Source of the DNA: the human T2T-CHM13v2.0 reference genome, Homo sapiens
Reading direction: 5' to 3' (one strand)
Length of the DNA stretch: 64,000 nucleotides
Assembly (NCBI RefSeq): GCF_009914755.1
Contig: NC_060933.1
The position numbers were made by a program, and so were the translations under genes. Positions within the stretch are counted from its first letter, which is position 1. Each line of letters begins with the position of its first letter. The notes beneath the pieces are model-generated. The model worked only from the letters and a program-made list of their open reading frames with translations, was not told the origin of the DNA and did not search any database. Shown piece by piece: positions 11,930-25,520 of this stretch.

Positions 11930-13330
11930 TCCATAATTAGTTGTTACTATACATTAGACACCATTGCAGAAATTCAGAATACTGTAATGAACAAAATACA
12001 CTAAGCCCCTGATGTCATTCTGCTTATAATCTCATAGGGGAGAACTTCGAGCCCATAAGCAAGTGAATACATGCAGTGCAATAATGGGGCCGGGAGTGTA
12101 GGGAGTGACAGGGTAGGGATGGGGTGCTATTTTGGATAATGTGGGTAGGGAAGTGTAGATAACTCTTGAGCTCCAGCTCATATCTTCTCAGCTCTTTCTT
12201 ATTTCATACTTCCCTGCATCAGTCAGATTCACATAGGCATCAACTAACAACACTTCAATTTAGAGTTACCTTGCATCTCCAGTCTCACACCACCTCAGTT
12301 TCATTGTACTTTGCATCTCTAGTATGCACAGGGGATTCTCTGCCCTACTGAGAATTATCCGTCGTAGCCATCTTGGTACATGCATGTGCTCACTTGCTCA
12401 AGGAGGGTAACATGGCATGGGGCAACCCTTGACCAATTGGAGATGAGGGGCTGGTGGATAAATGCTCCCCTTTTTCTCATCTGGGAAGATTATTCTGGGG
12501 AGCATTCTACATGATTCTTGAAGGGAGTCATCTAGACTGAACTCTGGTTACCTACAACATTGGTCAGATATCATAACGTACCTTGATTTAGATTTTTCTA
12601 CTTCATCCATGACTTCTTTCCCTGGGATCGAGTCCCTCCCAAACCACTTGAATTCAGGCCTTTTCTTTGGCTGGGCTTTTGGGAGAACCTGGACCAAGAC
12701 AGTAGCCATCTCTGAAGAGGTGGTATTTTGGTTGAGATGAAAGAGACATGGGGAAGTCATGCACATAGCTTGAGGAAGAGTGTTCCAGACGAGAACAAAT
12801 GTTGTGAGACAGGAATATGCTTGGCATGCTGAAGGATGAGTGTGCAGGCTGGTGTAGCTTGTGTGGAGTAAGCATGGGGGAAGAATGAACGTGGTAGGGG
12901 ATACGGTGCAAGAGGAAGCAGGATGCCCGCTCACGCGGGGCCTCAAAGGCCATGAAAGAGATTCTGGCTTTTCCTTTGAGTGAAATGGAAAGAGAATGGG
13001 GGATTTTGGGCACAGGAGGGGCATTAATCTGAAAGATGGTTTTAAAGGATCACCCTGGCTCCTCTAGGAGAGCAAGGGTAAAAGCAGCAAAACTACTGAG
13101 GAGGTTTTTGTAGCAACTCCGGCAACTTGGACTGTGCTGGTAGCAGTGAAGGTGATGAGCTGAGAGAACTAACCGTTGAATTGGATATGGGGTGAAAGAG
13201 AGGAATTAAGGATGTATCCAAAACTTTTTTCCATTCATTTTGAATAATTGAAATGAATGGGGTTGCCAGTGAAAGTATTGATGAGAGAATTCCTGAGCAA
13301 AATAGAGGAAACCTGATTTTAAGAAAAGAA
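11930..13330 (-). mobile_element. L2 (L2a-like), split by an LTR16 insertion
   Basis: Antisense L2 3' region rejoins across 12153/12702 (gtagggaag|..ccatctctgaagaggtg). ORF 12654-13013 peptide SLSISLKGKARISFMAFEA resembles the L2 ORF2 C-terminus. Confidence 0.8.
12154..12701 (+). mobile_element. LTR16-family (ERVL) solo LTR nested in L2
   Basis: TG..CA termini (tgtagataac ... ggaccaagaca); internal cttgaccaattggagatgaggggctggtggataaatgc typical of LTR16. Confidence 0.75.
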
Positions 13331-13544
13331 AACCAAAACATGTTGATTTGTATTCTGGTTTATCAGTAACAGTCTAACAGTTATGACCACTGGAGAGTCA
13401 GGCATTATTCTTAGCCTATAAACTAAACAGGGACATTGTCCAGAATAGTGGAAATTAAACAGGCCATCATCTTTTCTGAAGACATAGCAGACGTCAACAT
13501 GATAGAAGCAAGTTTTAAAATAATATAGTATATAGTTTCAATAA

Positions 13545-13770
13545 TATTTATAATAACCATTTATTACATCAACCACTCTTCTTGAATTATTATAGTTAAT
13601 CCTTAAAACAATCTGAAAGTTAGGTATATTTATTCTAATTTTATAGATTATAAAATTGGCAAATAGTGTAGCTAAGTAACTTCTCTAAGGTCTCACTGCC
13701 TTAAAAAGAACACATCTGTGATTCAAGCCCACATCTTCCTGACTCAACTAATTTTTACTATTGACCACCG
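13545..13770 (-). mobile_element. MIR
   Basis: taataaccatttatt..ttaatccttaaaacaatc..attttatagat..taagtaacttctctaaggtc. Confidence 0.7.
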
Positions 13771-13953
13771 GATCTCCTTGTCTTCTTCCCATCTTTTTCA
13801 TAATGGCCTTCCAAACCTTAACTCCTCAACTTCTGCCAGCTTAGGTGAGGCTGACAGTTTCTTTCTCTCATGGTTTTAACACAGAAATTTATTTCTCTAT
13901 CCTGTAATAGTGAAATGCAAGAATTCCATAGATTCACAGTAATGAAACCTTGA

Positions 13954-14313
<360 letters not shown>

Positions 14314-15264
14314 TAACCACTTTTTTTCCCCACCTTCTCTGCAATAGGACTTTGACCAGGCTTAGTAGATAGATTCAGCATCAGGTGCAAAACTATTCTA
14401 CCCTAAATATGCCGCTATAAGTAATTATACCAAATTGGTTTTCTTTCACCATTTCACTCATCCCTTCATCACCTACCTCTATACTCTTCTAAGATTATTT
14501 TCTCTTTCTTCATTTCAATGCATCTTTCTCTCAAAGGCCTGAATACGAATGGTAAAATCATTTTTGCGGACAAATGTAAATGGCTCTAAAATGGAGCAAA
14601 ATATACCAGCTGACATGGTGTAGAGACTGTTTTTGACTCAACTTCCTCCCTTTCTTTCCTAGTATTTGCAATGTGGGTCGATTTCCCACATTGGGAAATT
14701 GAGTTGAGTCACATGGTGACTCACCTGGTGGGTCAAGGTAGTGCCCTGCATTTGCATCCCATTCAGAAGGCTGGGGGTAAGTCCAGCAAGACCTCTAACC
14801 AAAGAAGTTCTGAGGGCAGGCTGGATACTAAGAGGTGCCCACTTATAGGGCACCATGATTTTAGAGGGAAAATTCAAGTTATAGTCAAGAAGAAGAACCC
14901 AAACCAGTCAGAAAGCAGGACCAAGTTCAGGCCTGAAGAACGTAGTGAGCTTGTAAATAGAAGAATGTGTAATAAGGCTATGAGCCAGAATGACCAGAAA
15001 CACGTGAAGCGTAGTGTGTAGGGTAGGTTAGGACAAGTGGTTCAGACTAAGATTGTGTCTGATCAGAGGGTAATGGAAATCTGTTTTTATGACATGCCAG
15101 CTGCTTGGTACAAGCATAGATTTAATGGATTAAAAGCCTGGAAACCAGAGCTTGTTCTTAAGTAGGAGACTTTAGGAACTATAGGATAATAGCTTAATTG
15201 TTCATCATCCAGTTAGCCAAGGTCAGCTCTGACAGCTACTTCTGTGTAAATATCTTCACCCTGT

Positions 15265-15860
15265 TGATCCATTCATTCTTGCACTGCCATCAGCATTTTC
15301 AAACATGCATCCAGCCTGTTTTGTGTCAAGTACTCTACTGGGGAGCAGAACGGGAATGAGAAAGATGAACTGGCATCATCCATGTTCCCAAGTTTTTAGT
15401 TTTGTTTGGAAATAGATTTAAAGCAACTAGTGAATAGAAATAATATTACCTCATAATGCATTGATGAGAGCAGGTATGAGACTCAGTGGAAACACGGAGA
15501 TAGTACCATGCTCCTAAATCAGAGATGGTTTCACAGAGAAGGTTGTGCTTGAGTTGATTTTCAGGCATTAGTTGAAATTTGTTGAGCAGACAGAGGGGAG
15601 AGGAGGAGTGATGTAGGAGCAGGTTTCTAAGCAGAGAGAACACCTGCAATTGAGAAATGGTTAAGCATGGCATGCTCAGGAGACTTCAAAGAAGTTCAAG
15701 TCTCTACTGTCAAGTATCCCTGATGGGTGGGGGATTAGTCAAAGATGAGGCTGCATAAGTTAGGAAAAGGCCTGACCTTAGGAATTGAGACTCTGTTAGG
15801 TACATGAAAGTGTGTCATTTGGTAATTGTCACATGAATTGAATGTTTGAGAAGTCTTCTA
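15265..15860 (-). mobile_element. L2 (L2b/c-like)
   Basis: ccattcattc..tgtgtcaagtactct..gatggtttcacagagaaggttgtgcttgagttg antisense L2 3' region. Confidence 0.7.
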
Positions 15861-15861
15861 G

Positions 15862-16550
<689 letters not shown>

Positions 16551-17324
16551 TCACAAGCAAAAGCAGAGGATTCCCCCTTCCTCCCAGGAGTTTAGAATAT
16601 TCTAGGACAAACAATTCTAAACCACTTGAGCAACAGTGTTTCTTCTCTTAGGGTCTGTTTGAGCCTATATTGTTCAAAAACACCATTATTAATATATTTT
16701 TCTTTAAATAAATTATTTTCTGATAATTTAAATAATTCATTTCTATTTTGCAAGGCCCCAGCATTTTGGTTGGAAAGATCTGTCTTAAAGAAAACCCATG
16801 TATTTTTTCAGTGCTAATTTTTGACTAGTCAGAAAAATTACTTCTCTCTCTAAAGAGAGCTTTTTCTCTGGACGTGGATCAAAAAGTCTCTTGCCTGAAG
16901 TACCCAGGATATACTGTAAGTTCTGGTTGTATTAGTTAAGTATTTTTTTTTTATGCTGAAAGTGTTAGGTGTGTTTACCTTCATTTTCCTTAGAGGAGTG
17001 TAAATATCACTCTCAATTCTTTCAAGGTTGGCTTTAATTGAAGAAGAAAGTAAAGCAACACTCACTGGGGAGTGGTTGAGTGACTATATTCCTATAAATA
17101 ATATGTGCTTAAGAGTATGGTCCTTTGAATTCTCTAAGGGAAAGTACTGCCTGTAGCACTGATGCCTGAGATGAAAGATCATTTAGGCAGAGACAGCATC
17201 TGTACGCCCTTCTGTTGCCAATGCCTCGCACTGCTCCTTATTCCTGGCAGGATCACAGTGTTGGCCACTCCTGAGTGTGATGGAAAATTGCAGGAGATGG
17301 AGAATGACTCCGTGATGGTTAACC

Positions 17325-17492
17325 CAGTGCTTACCAAACTTGCTTGATCAAAACAGTCACCTGGGTCTTTAATGATCCAGATTCTGGGTCCCATCCCAGA
17401 CCCCTAGAATCTCCAGGGCAAAGAGCCTGAGAATCTATATAAAAAGCAAGTATCTCAATGACTCTTAAAGTCAGGAAAGTTTGAGGGAAACA
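17325..17492. mobile_element. MER5B-like hAT MITE
   Basis: cagtgcttaccaaacttgcttgatc..tcacctggg..agaatctccaggg..gcctgagaatct..caggaaagtttg. Confidence 0.7.
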
Positions 17493-17604
17493 GGCTTATT
17501 GTGTCTTCACTCTATATAAGGTATAAAGTCCTAGAGGTGAGTGGGGAAAGATACATCAAGGTTCAAATACAGAAACATTTGTAGCTGAAAATTCACTGTA
17601 GTTC

Positions 17605-17761
17605 CCCCTTGCAACTCAGAGTGTGGTCCAAGGACCAGCAGCATCTGCCTCACCTAGGAGCTTGTTAGAAATGCAGAGGTCCACCTCACACCTACCGAAT
17701 CATAATCTTAATTTTAACCAATCCCCAGTGATTTCTGCACATGCAAATTTGAGAAGCATTG
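17605..17761 (+). mobile_element. MER5A
   Basis: gtgtggtccaaggaccagcagcatc..ggagcttgttagaaatgcag..tttgagaagcattg. Confidence 0.85.
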
Positions 17762-17769
17762 ATCTACAG

Positions 17770-17970
17770 CAAGGGTCAGCAAAGCATGGCCAAAAGGCCA
17801 AATCTGGCCTGTCTTGTAAACAAGGTTTTATTGGAATACAGTCTCATCCATTTATTCATACATTGCCTATGGCTGCTTTTATGCCACAAGAGAAGAACTG
17901 AGTCAATACGGCCTATGGAGCCTCAAATATTTACTATCTCACTCTTTATAGAATGAGTTTTCAACCTCTT
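17770..17970 (+). mobile_element. MER58A hAT MITE
   Basis: caagggtcagcaaa..ggccaaatctggcc..gttttattggaatacag..aatatttactatct; 8-bp TSD atctacag/atctagag. Confidence 0.85.
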
Positions 17971-18169
17971 ATCTAGAGTATATGGAATGCCAAAGAGTTT
18001 ACAGATAATACTGTATAATAATAATTACAATGCTATTTATATCAAACATAACTTTTTATTCAATCTTACAAATTCCATTTTTTCACTCTGTTCATTGTCC
18101 TTCAGTATGAGGTGTGAATGCTCATTGAGATGAGATATTATTGCTTTACCATGTATGACTATGTGACCT

Positions 18170-18540
18170 GTATCTCAAACACTTTCATCAATCCCCACCA
18201 GCCAGTGAAATCTAATTCATAACATGGCATTTAGACCTTTCCTGCATCTGGACTCAACTTCCAACCTCTTCTCCCATAAATCTCTCTGGCACATCATGCC
18301 TCTTGTCAAACCGTATTTTTGGTCTTTCTAGAAGGTAAATAGTTGCTTCTATCTAAACACTACCAACTTCTCACTGTTAAAAATCCAGTCAAATAATTCT
18401 TTATCCATAAAGGGATCCCATTTCTCCCCCATGATATTTGATGCTAGTGTTGGACTCTCTCGTGCAATAGCTATTTTGTGCCTACCTTATCTCCTCCAGT
18501 AAAGTAGACATGTTTTAAAAGGTGAGATTTTATTGGGAGA
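18170..18540 (+). mobile_element. L2 fragments
   Basis: aaatctaattcataacatggcatttagacctttcctgcatctggactc resembles the L2 ORF2 end/3' UTR. Confidence 0.5.
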
Positions 18541-18667
18541 GTTTCATAATTTCAAATGAGCCAAATCTCTCTCTTTGTATAGCTATATAGATAGATTCTG
18601 GGCCATAAAAGCTCCAGGTGACTGTTATGATCGAGCAAGTTTGGTAAGTACTTTCCCTCCTTGATTC

Positions 18668-18724
18668 TCACATCGCACTCACATGAGGCTGGATGAGATC
18701 TGGCCTCATGTGAGTGGGATGTGA
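18668..18724. repeat. Near-perfect inverted repeat, 27-bp arms, 3-nt loop
   Basis: tcacatcgcactcacatgaggctggat-gag-atctggcctcatgtgagtgggatgtga; 24/27 Watson-Crick pairs. Confidence 0.95.
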
Positions 18725-18753
18725 CAGCCAAGGGAAGAAAGTCCCAGGAGCTA

Positions 18754-19221
<468 letters not shown>

Positions 19222-19252
19222 TTAACTCCTTGGTGCTTGGTGGGACAATTCT

Positions 19253-19547
19253 TTTTTTTTTTTTTTTATGAGACAGAGTCTTGCTCTATCGCCAGGCTGG
19301 AGTGCAGTGGCGCGATCTCAGCTCACTGCAACCTCTGCCTCCTGGTTCAAGCGATTTCCCTGCCTCAGCCTCCCAAGCAGCTGGGATTACAGGCAAGCGC
19401 TACCATGCCTGGCTAATTTTTTGTATTTTAGTAGAGACGGGGTTTCACCATGTTGGCCAAGATGGTCTCAATCTCCTGACCTTGTGATCCACCTGCCTCG
19501 GCCTCCCAAAGTACTGGGATTACAGGCATGAGCCACCACGCCTGGCC
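19253..19547 (-). mobile_element. AluSc
   Basis: TSD GGTGGGACAATTCT at 19239-19252 and 19548-19561; Sc diagnostics (tcgccaggctgg, gatggtctcaatctc). Confidence 0.96.
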
Positions 19548-19775
19548 GGTGGGACAATTCTGAGCAGTGTTTCATACAGTCTCTCACAGGGACCCCAGCA
19601 GGATGGAACCCAGTGGCCCAGAGCTGTAATCCACTCATTAAAGACCATGTGTTGGTTGTCCTCCATTTCCTGTCTTGCTCCCAGCTTCCTCACAGTACTT
19701 CTTGGGATCAGTTTTCCAATAAACTGCTTTCACCTAAATCCTTGTCTTAAGATCTGCTTTTAGGATAACACTAAC

Positions 19776-20274
19776 TGTGGGAGGCAACCTCTAAGACGGC
19801 CTCCAGTGATCCCCACTTCTTGGTATGCATGTTCTAGTATAATCCCTTCCCCTTGAATATAAACGTGACTTGGTGATTTGTGTCCAGTGAACAGAATATG
19901 GCAGAAGTAAAGATGTGTCACTTCTAAACTTAGGTTATAAAAAGACAGTAGCTTCAGTCCCTGTCATGATCTTTGGAATTGTTCACCCTGAGGGAAGGCA
20001 GCTGCTATGCTGTGAGGTAGCTCTGTGGAGAAGCTCAGATAAGTGAACTTAGAAGCCAACCTCATGAGGCTGCTTAGAAGTGGATCCTTTCCCACTGGAG
20101 CCTTGAGATGACCACACCTCAGCCAACACCTTGATTGCAGACTCATGAGAGACCCTGAGCCAGAATCACTCCGATAAGCTACTCCTGGATTCCTGACCCA
20201 CAATAACCAAGAAAAAAAAAATCCACTGTTTTCAGATCCTAAGCTGTTGTTTATGGCACTAGATAACGAGTATA
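19776..20274 (+). mobile_element. MLT1F-like MaLR solo LTR
   Basis: tgtgggaggcaacctctaaga..gatccccac..agaatatggcagaagt..tagataacgagtata; 5-bp TSD ctaac/caaac. Confidence 0.85.
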
Positions 20275-20304
20275 CAAACTAAGACAATTGCATGAATCTG
20301 CATT

Positions 20305-20525
20305 ATTGGGGTTTCCCTTGGAAGACTATTTCCCTAACTCTTTTGACCAGATTAGTCCCCATGCTTTGTGTGTCCAGAACACCCCGTATGTTTTCCTTAA
20401 CACTTAGTACTCTTGTGATCTCTTGTTTGAAATTTACCTTCCTAACTAGACTATGAGAACTGCTTCCATCCTTTTCACTGTTTATTCCCAGTGCTTCTAA
20501 GAATTATCTATTTAACAAGTAAAGG
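20305..20525 (+). mobile_element. L2 3' end
   Basis: actagactatgagaac..cactgtttattcccagtgct. Confidence 0.65.
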
Positions 20526-20529
20526 CATT

Positions 20530-21125
20530 AGTCAAGTTGATTTTGTATGTAGTTAGTAAAAATTCAACCATTTGTTTAACAAATAAAAAGTCTGAAAATG
20601 GATCTTCAGGTCCACCTGAATCTTAAAGCACAAATGATTTATTGGAATTCTGTCATTCTCTTCCTCTATCATTCTTTGTCTTTTTCTCTGTGTTCCTTCG
20701 CCTTTCTCTTCCTCCTTCTTCTCGCCTTCCATCCTGTAGATATGCTCTGCTTTATCAGTCTCATTTCCAAGCAGGCCCTTTTGAGATAAATGATTGCCGG
20801 CATATCAAACTGAAATCCTCACAGGTGAACAAATCTGGCAGAAATAAATAAAGCATCCTAGAAATTTAGAAAATGTCCCGGGATTAAATCTTTCTGGATT
20901 AACCTGGGCTGTAAGGCTACCTGTGGGCCAATCACTATGGCGAGGGTAATGTAATACACAAACTGTCCAGGCCCAGGTCCAAGATCTAGCTCTGGAGTAT
21001 GAAGAATGGGCTGCTACCCAACCCATACAGATTGAGTAGGTAACTTCCTAAAAGAAAATCAAGGTGGTGTTACCAGAAGAAGGAGAAGAGTAATGGATGC
21101 TAGGCAGAAAACAAGACAACTGTAG
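20530..21125 (-). mobile_element. MLT1K-like LTR
   Basis: ccaatcactatggcgagggtaatgtaatac..ggtgttaccagaagaagg..aatggatgctaggcag. Confidence 0.7.
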
Positions 21126-22367
21126 AAAACAAACAAAAAAATGAAACAAATAAGAACAACAAGATAGCTCCATACAGTGGGGATCAGAGATATAATTGAG
21201 AAGATCCAAGACTATAGTTAGAAGAAAGACAATAGTATTAGTCAAATATGGAGGGCAAGATGCTAACAAACCAGTCGGAGCAATTGTAGAGAAGAGAAGA
21301 GAGTTGTGAAGAGTGTGATCATGACTTAAGATTATGTACAGAAAGAATGTGTCAGGATTCCTTCCCTATCTCACACCCCTACCCCTCTCTTGCCCTACAC
21401 ACGCATTCTTGAGCTTAATGCACACCACAGGAGGAATATTAAAGGAACTAATCAGGAATAGTGAAAAAGGACTATTTAGATGTAGGTTTTCTCTGTGTGT
21501 GTGTGTGGGGGGGGGGTATAAAGTGCCTTTCCCCACAGCCTACCCATTCACAATACTCTCATGGATAGTCACTGCTGTTATCTCTGAAAATTGTCAATGC
21601 AATAATTTATTTTCAATTTCTCTCTAAAGCAACTAATTTAAACCGTAAGTGTCATGGAATCATACCAATCTGGACACACCCTAACACTAGATGTAAAACA
21701 AAATTTGCAGAATAGACATTTGGGAGTCTATATGTTAGCAACTCTTCCAGGGCCTACGAAAAGGCATTAACTTGAAGAGTTATTCAATTCGGAATTAGCA
21801 GATGTTGAGCATCTGCATGCTATTCACAACTCTATTATCCTGGACATAATTAACTTGTGTTACTTCATCTGAGAATCATCACCCTGACAAGGCAGTTGCA
21901 GAGTAAAGATGGTGGACACCACTGGCAAGACAGTATGATGGCCTTTTTAATATGCCCCCAAACACTGGAAATAATGCTATCCAATTTGTACTTCTTGTGT
22001 TTCTGCATAATACTTTTAGAATGCAGTTCAACTCTCTCTCCTTGCAGAAATCCTGGTTCTCATCCTTTTCTCAATGATGTTTTCTTCAGTCTCTTCCTTG
22101 ATCCAATCTAATATGGGTTTGCCAATCACAACACTACTGACATTTTGGACTGGGATTTTTGTTCTAGTGCCTGTCCTATAGGACATCTCTAACTCATTGT
22201 TCCTCTCATATTCATAACTGAAGACATATAAAATAAAATTTCTTCTTTTCCCAAATCTCTTCCTCTTCCTTTTTTTCTTTTGCTTCAGTTATAGGTGACA
22301 CTCCCACTTCATTCTTCCAAACTAGAAATCTTTGGGTTATCTTTTAATCCTCCTTTTAATACACTTT

Positions 22368-22535
22368 CAGGGACAGATTCAGCTTTTGTGGAATCTAAAA
22401 CTTATACAATTTGACAGAGCTTCTTTAAAAAGATTACAAGTTTATAAATTAGGTACACGGACTTGGAAGGGGGTCGTGTAGATGAATGAACTTAAAGCCT
22501 AAGGTTTATTAGTTTCATGGTTAATCCTCCTTCCT
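22368..22535. mobile_element. hAT-Tip100 MITE (MER69A/Arthur1A-like)
   Basis: cagggacagattcag..cttatacaatttg..aaattaggtaca..cttggaagggg..ttagtttcatggttaatcc. Subfamily name from memory. Confidence 0.55.
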
Positions 22536-22649
22536 CTGTGTTTATTAAGACATTACTTACTTAGGTAAAGCATTTTTATTAAGTGAAAAGATCAATAGCC
22601 TTCCATCAAAATAGGGGAAATTTTTATCTAGTAAAAAACAACTTTTACA

Positions 22650-23100
22650 CAATGTCTACCTTTTGTCAAGACCATTATGCATTTTTTTCTCATTTAATTT
22701 TCCTTAACACCTATGAGGAAGGAATTAATACACTCTTGTGAACAGCATGACCTCAGAGGCTAAACAGCCTTAATCTGATTTATGGTTCTAGCATTTACCG
22801 TGTGATTACACAAATCACTTGGCCAGTTGGAGTGTCAATTTCCTCATCTATGAAATGAAAATATATTAGAGAACTTACTTCATTGAGTTGCTGTATGGAT
22901 TAAATTAGTTACTGTGTACTACGTACAAAGCAGTTAGAACAGTGCCCAGAAAGTAAGGACTACATTATGTTAGCTATTATTATTTTGCTATTAAGAAAAC
23001 CAAGGCTCTGAAATTAAATAAATAACCCATGTCATGTACTTAAGACTGGGGGAAAAATAGGAAATTAAACATAAAAGCTCAGGCTTTTCTCTCCACACCA
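22650..23100. mobile_element. Plus-strand MIR (~22735-22983) nested in a minus-strand MIR
   Basis: Inner: tttcctcatctatgaaatg..ttagaacagtgccc..gttagctattatt. Outer antisense halves rejoin (ctcatttaatt..cctatgagg | aagaaaaccaaggctc). Confidence 0.65.
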
Positions 23101-23264
23101 GATCTGAAGAGGAGCCTTCCTGGGTTTTGGCAAGGAAAAAATATGTTACTACTAGTTCAATTGCTTTGCAAATTCCTATGCTAACATGAAGAGATTAGAC
23201 TGTGAGGGGGAACAAAAAACTAAAAACTAAATGTTAGTAGGTTTGTTTTGAATAAAAATAGTTT

Positions 23265-23690
23265 GGATTTAGGTATAAATATAACAGAAGCACAAAACTT
23301 ATACTTAGAAAACCATAAAACCTTCTTCCTAAAAACATTTAAGAAGACCTAAATAAATGAAAAAACTTCCTATGTTCATTAATTGGAATACTTAAATTGT
23401 TAAGGTGACAATACTCCCCAAATTGGGCTACAGATTCAATGCAATCTCTATCAAAATGCTTGGTGTCTTCTTTGCAGAAATTGGCAAACTGATTCTAAAC
23501 TTCATGTAGATGTGGAAGAAATCCAGAATAGTAAAAACAATCTTGAAAGAGAATAAAGTCAAAAGACTCACATTTGTCAATTTCAAAACTTACTACAAAT
23601 CTACATTAATCTTGACTGTTTGGTACTGGCATAAGGAGAAACATACAAATCAATGGGATAGAATTGGAAGTCCATAAATAAACCCTCACA
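23265..23690 (+). mobile_element. Old L1M ORF2 fragment
   Basis: aagaagacctaaataaatg..tacagattcaatgcaatctctatcaaaat..caaactgattctaaa..caatgggatagaat. Confidence 0.85.
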
Positions 23691-23951
23691 GAAAAATTCC
23701 CTGTCCAGTCCTGCTGTAAACATATGGTTCCAAAGCTCAGTAGCCTATCCAGAGATGTCCAATATAGTTGGGATACCAGCTGTATCCCTACGTGGAACAG
23801 GGCCATCTTGTGTATACTTTTCATGCTTCTCTGCCTCACTCTCTTTTTCCTCACTTTGGCTGCCCTGATCCAAATATTTTAATTCTCAATAAAATATTAG
23901 CACTTAACCTTTGCTTTAGTTTCTATTTCCTAGAAAAACTGAGTTAAGACA
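23690..23951 (+). mobile_element. ERVL LTR 3' part (LTR33-like)
   Basis: caataaaatattagcacttaacctttgc...gagttaagaca terminus. Confidence 0.55.
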
Positions 23952-24249
23952 AGGAGTATCAGTGCTTATCCAGCAGTTAATAAGAAAGTGTTTTAGTTGC
24001 AATTTTCTTGTTGTTTGTAGGTGAGGTTTTTTGAGAGATGGGGATGGTAGGGTTTAGAAACCAAACCTCATCTGGACCCTCTCACTTATCATGTATGCTT
24101 CCTCCTTCTTCTGGTGATTGAAACATCTCACAGGGATTTCTGCTTCACTGTTTATTTCAAAATGACAATTCTGAATTCTGTGATCTTTTGCATGTATTTT
24201 TACTGGGAGGAATAGCGTTAGTTATTTTATGAGGTTAAGAAAATCACCG

Positions 24250-25520
24250 TACTTAATTCAGCCAACATTTTATGCAGCCTATATTGCAACCAGCCATTAC
24301 GATTAGATAAAATATGGTTTCTGTCTTCTTGGAAATCTCAGTAAAGTGGTGAAAATGGACAGATATACTTAAATCCAAATTGACTGAAGCGTTTCCTACT
24401 AGATGAAGAAGTACAAAGGAAAGGGAATCTGGAAGAGAGATTAATCCCAACTGGCAGAAAAAAAAAAAGCAATGATTTGTAGAGTAATTGGTAATTGCTC
24501 AGGCTTTGCAGTGTATGTACAAATGCAAAAGATAAGAGTGGTACAGATGGGCGATATAGGCATAGAATAAATAGAGGTAAGCAGAGAAGAAACTGCAGAG
24601 TGAATTTAAGGAAAGGAACATAGTTTATGTGTGAGTGTGTTGTGAGGGGTTCAGATTAGATACAGTGAGTGACGATTAGAAATAGCCAACATCTAGATCA
24701 TAGAGAGTTGTGAATGTGTTGAATAGTTCTATGCAAACCTAACCCAAAAAGCCCAAGGAAGCTGAGAGGCCAAAGAAAGAGGCTGACAAATTCAATTTCT
24801 CAGAAAGAAACATTGAATAGGAACTTAGCAACAGAAGTCATGTCTGTGTTGCTGGCAGTGGCAAGACAAGATAGAAGATCCCCATGCCATTACCATCCAG
24901 ATCTAGGGCTTATATACCATAGGGAAGGAATCTGTAGGACAATCATAGGGAAAGGGAAGGATGCTGTGTGAATCTGCCTAAAGGCAGGATTTGTAGTCAA
25001 GTGTATTTGGACCTAAGGGCAGAATTTACAGTAAATACATGCCCTTACACAAGGAATCAAGGAACAGTGGACAGAATAGAAATCTTAGAGGCATTTTCTG
25101 AACTGGGGTTCATCAGAAGCCAACATGGCAGATGAGCATCCAACGTGGAGTTGCTTTAGTCTCCACAGACTGCCAGGCTGGGGATTTTAGAATTAATGTA
25201 GATGAATTTGGAAGATATTGAGATGTTTAAATAAAAAGGCGATACAATAATGTCTGTGCTTTATAAAGATGACTTTACATGCATGAAGAATTGGTGAGGG
25301 AACAGTCTGCAGGCGAGAATAATGAAGATCCTAACACAGCAATTCAGATGATGCTGATTGACTGCAGTAGCAGTGGAAGTGCCAAAGTGTAAATTTACAC
25401 AAAGGAGAAAATAAGAAAATTTAAAAATTTGTTTTGTGAATTTGGGCAGGAGAGATGGAATCTTGGTTAGCAAAAATGTTTAGCTGAATTATTTAGATAG
25501 CAGTCTTAACACAACCCCAT
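24250..25520 (-). mobile_element. L2 split by LTR47
   Basis: Antisense L2 rejoins at gagttgtgaatg|ccaggctg across the LTR. Confidence 0.65.
24717..25167 (-). mobile_element. ERV solo LTR (LTR47-like)
   Basis: Antisense tgtggagactaaagcaactcc..ggtatataagccc..ggtttgcataga; TSD gaatg/gactg. Confidence 0.8.

Noticed and set aside
12548-13024. 158-aa and 119-aa minus-strand ORFs
   Set aside because: They span a decayed L2 and LTR16 and show no independent gene features.
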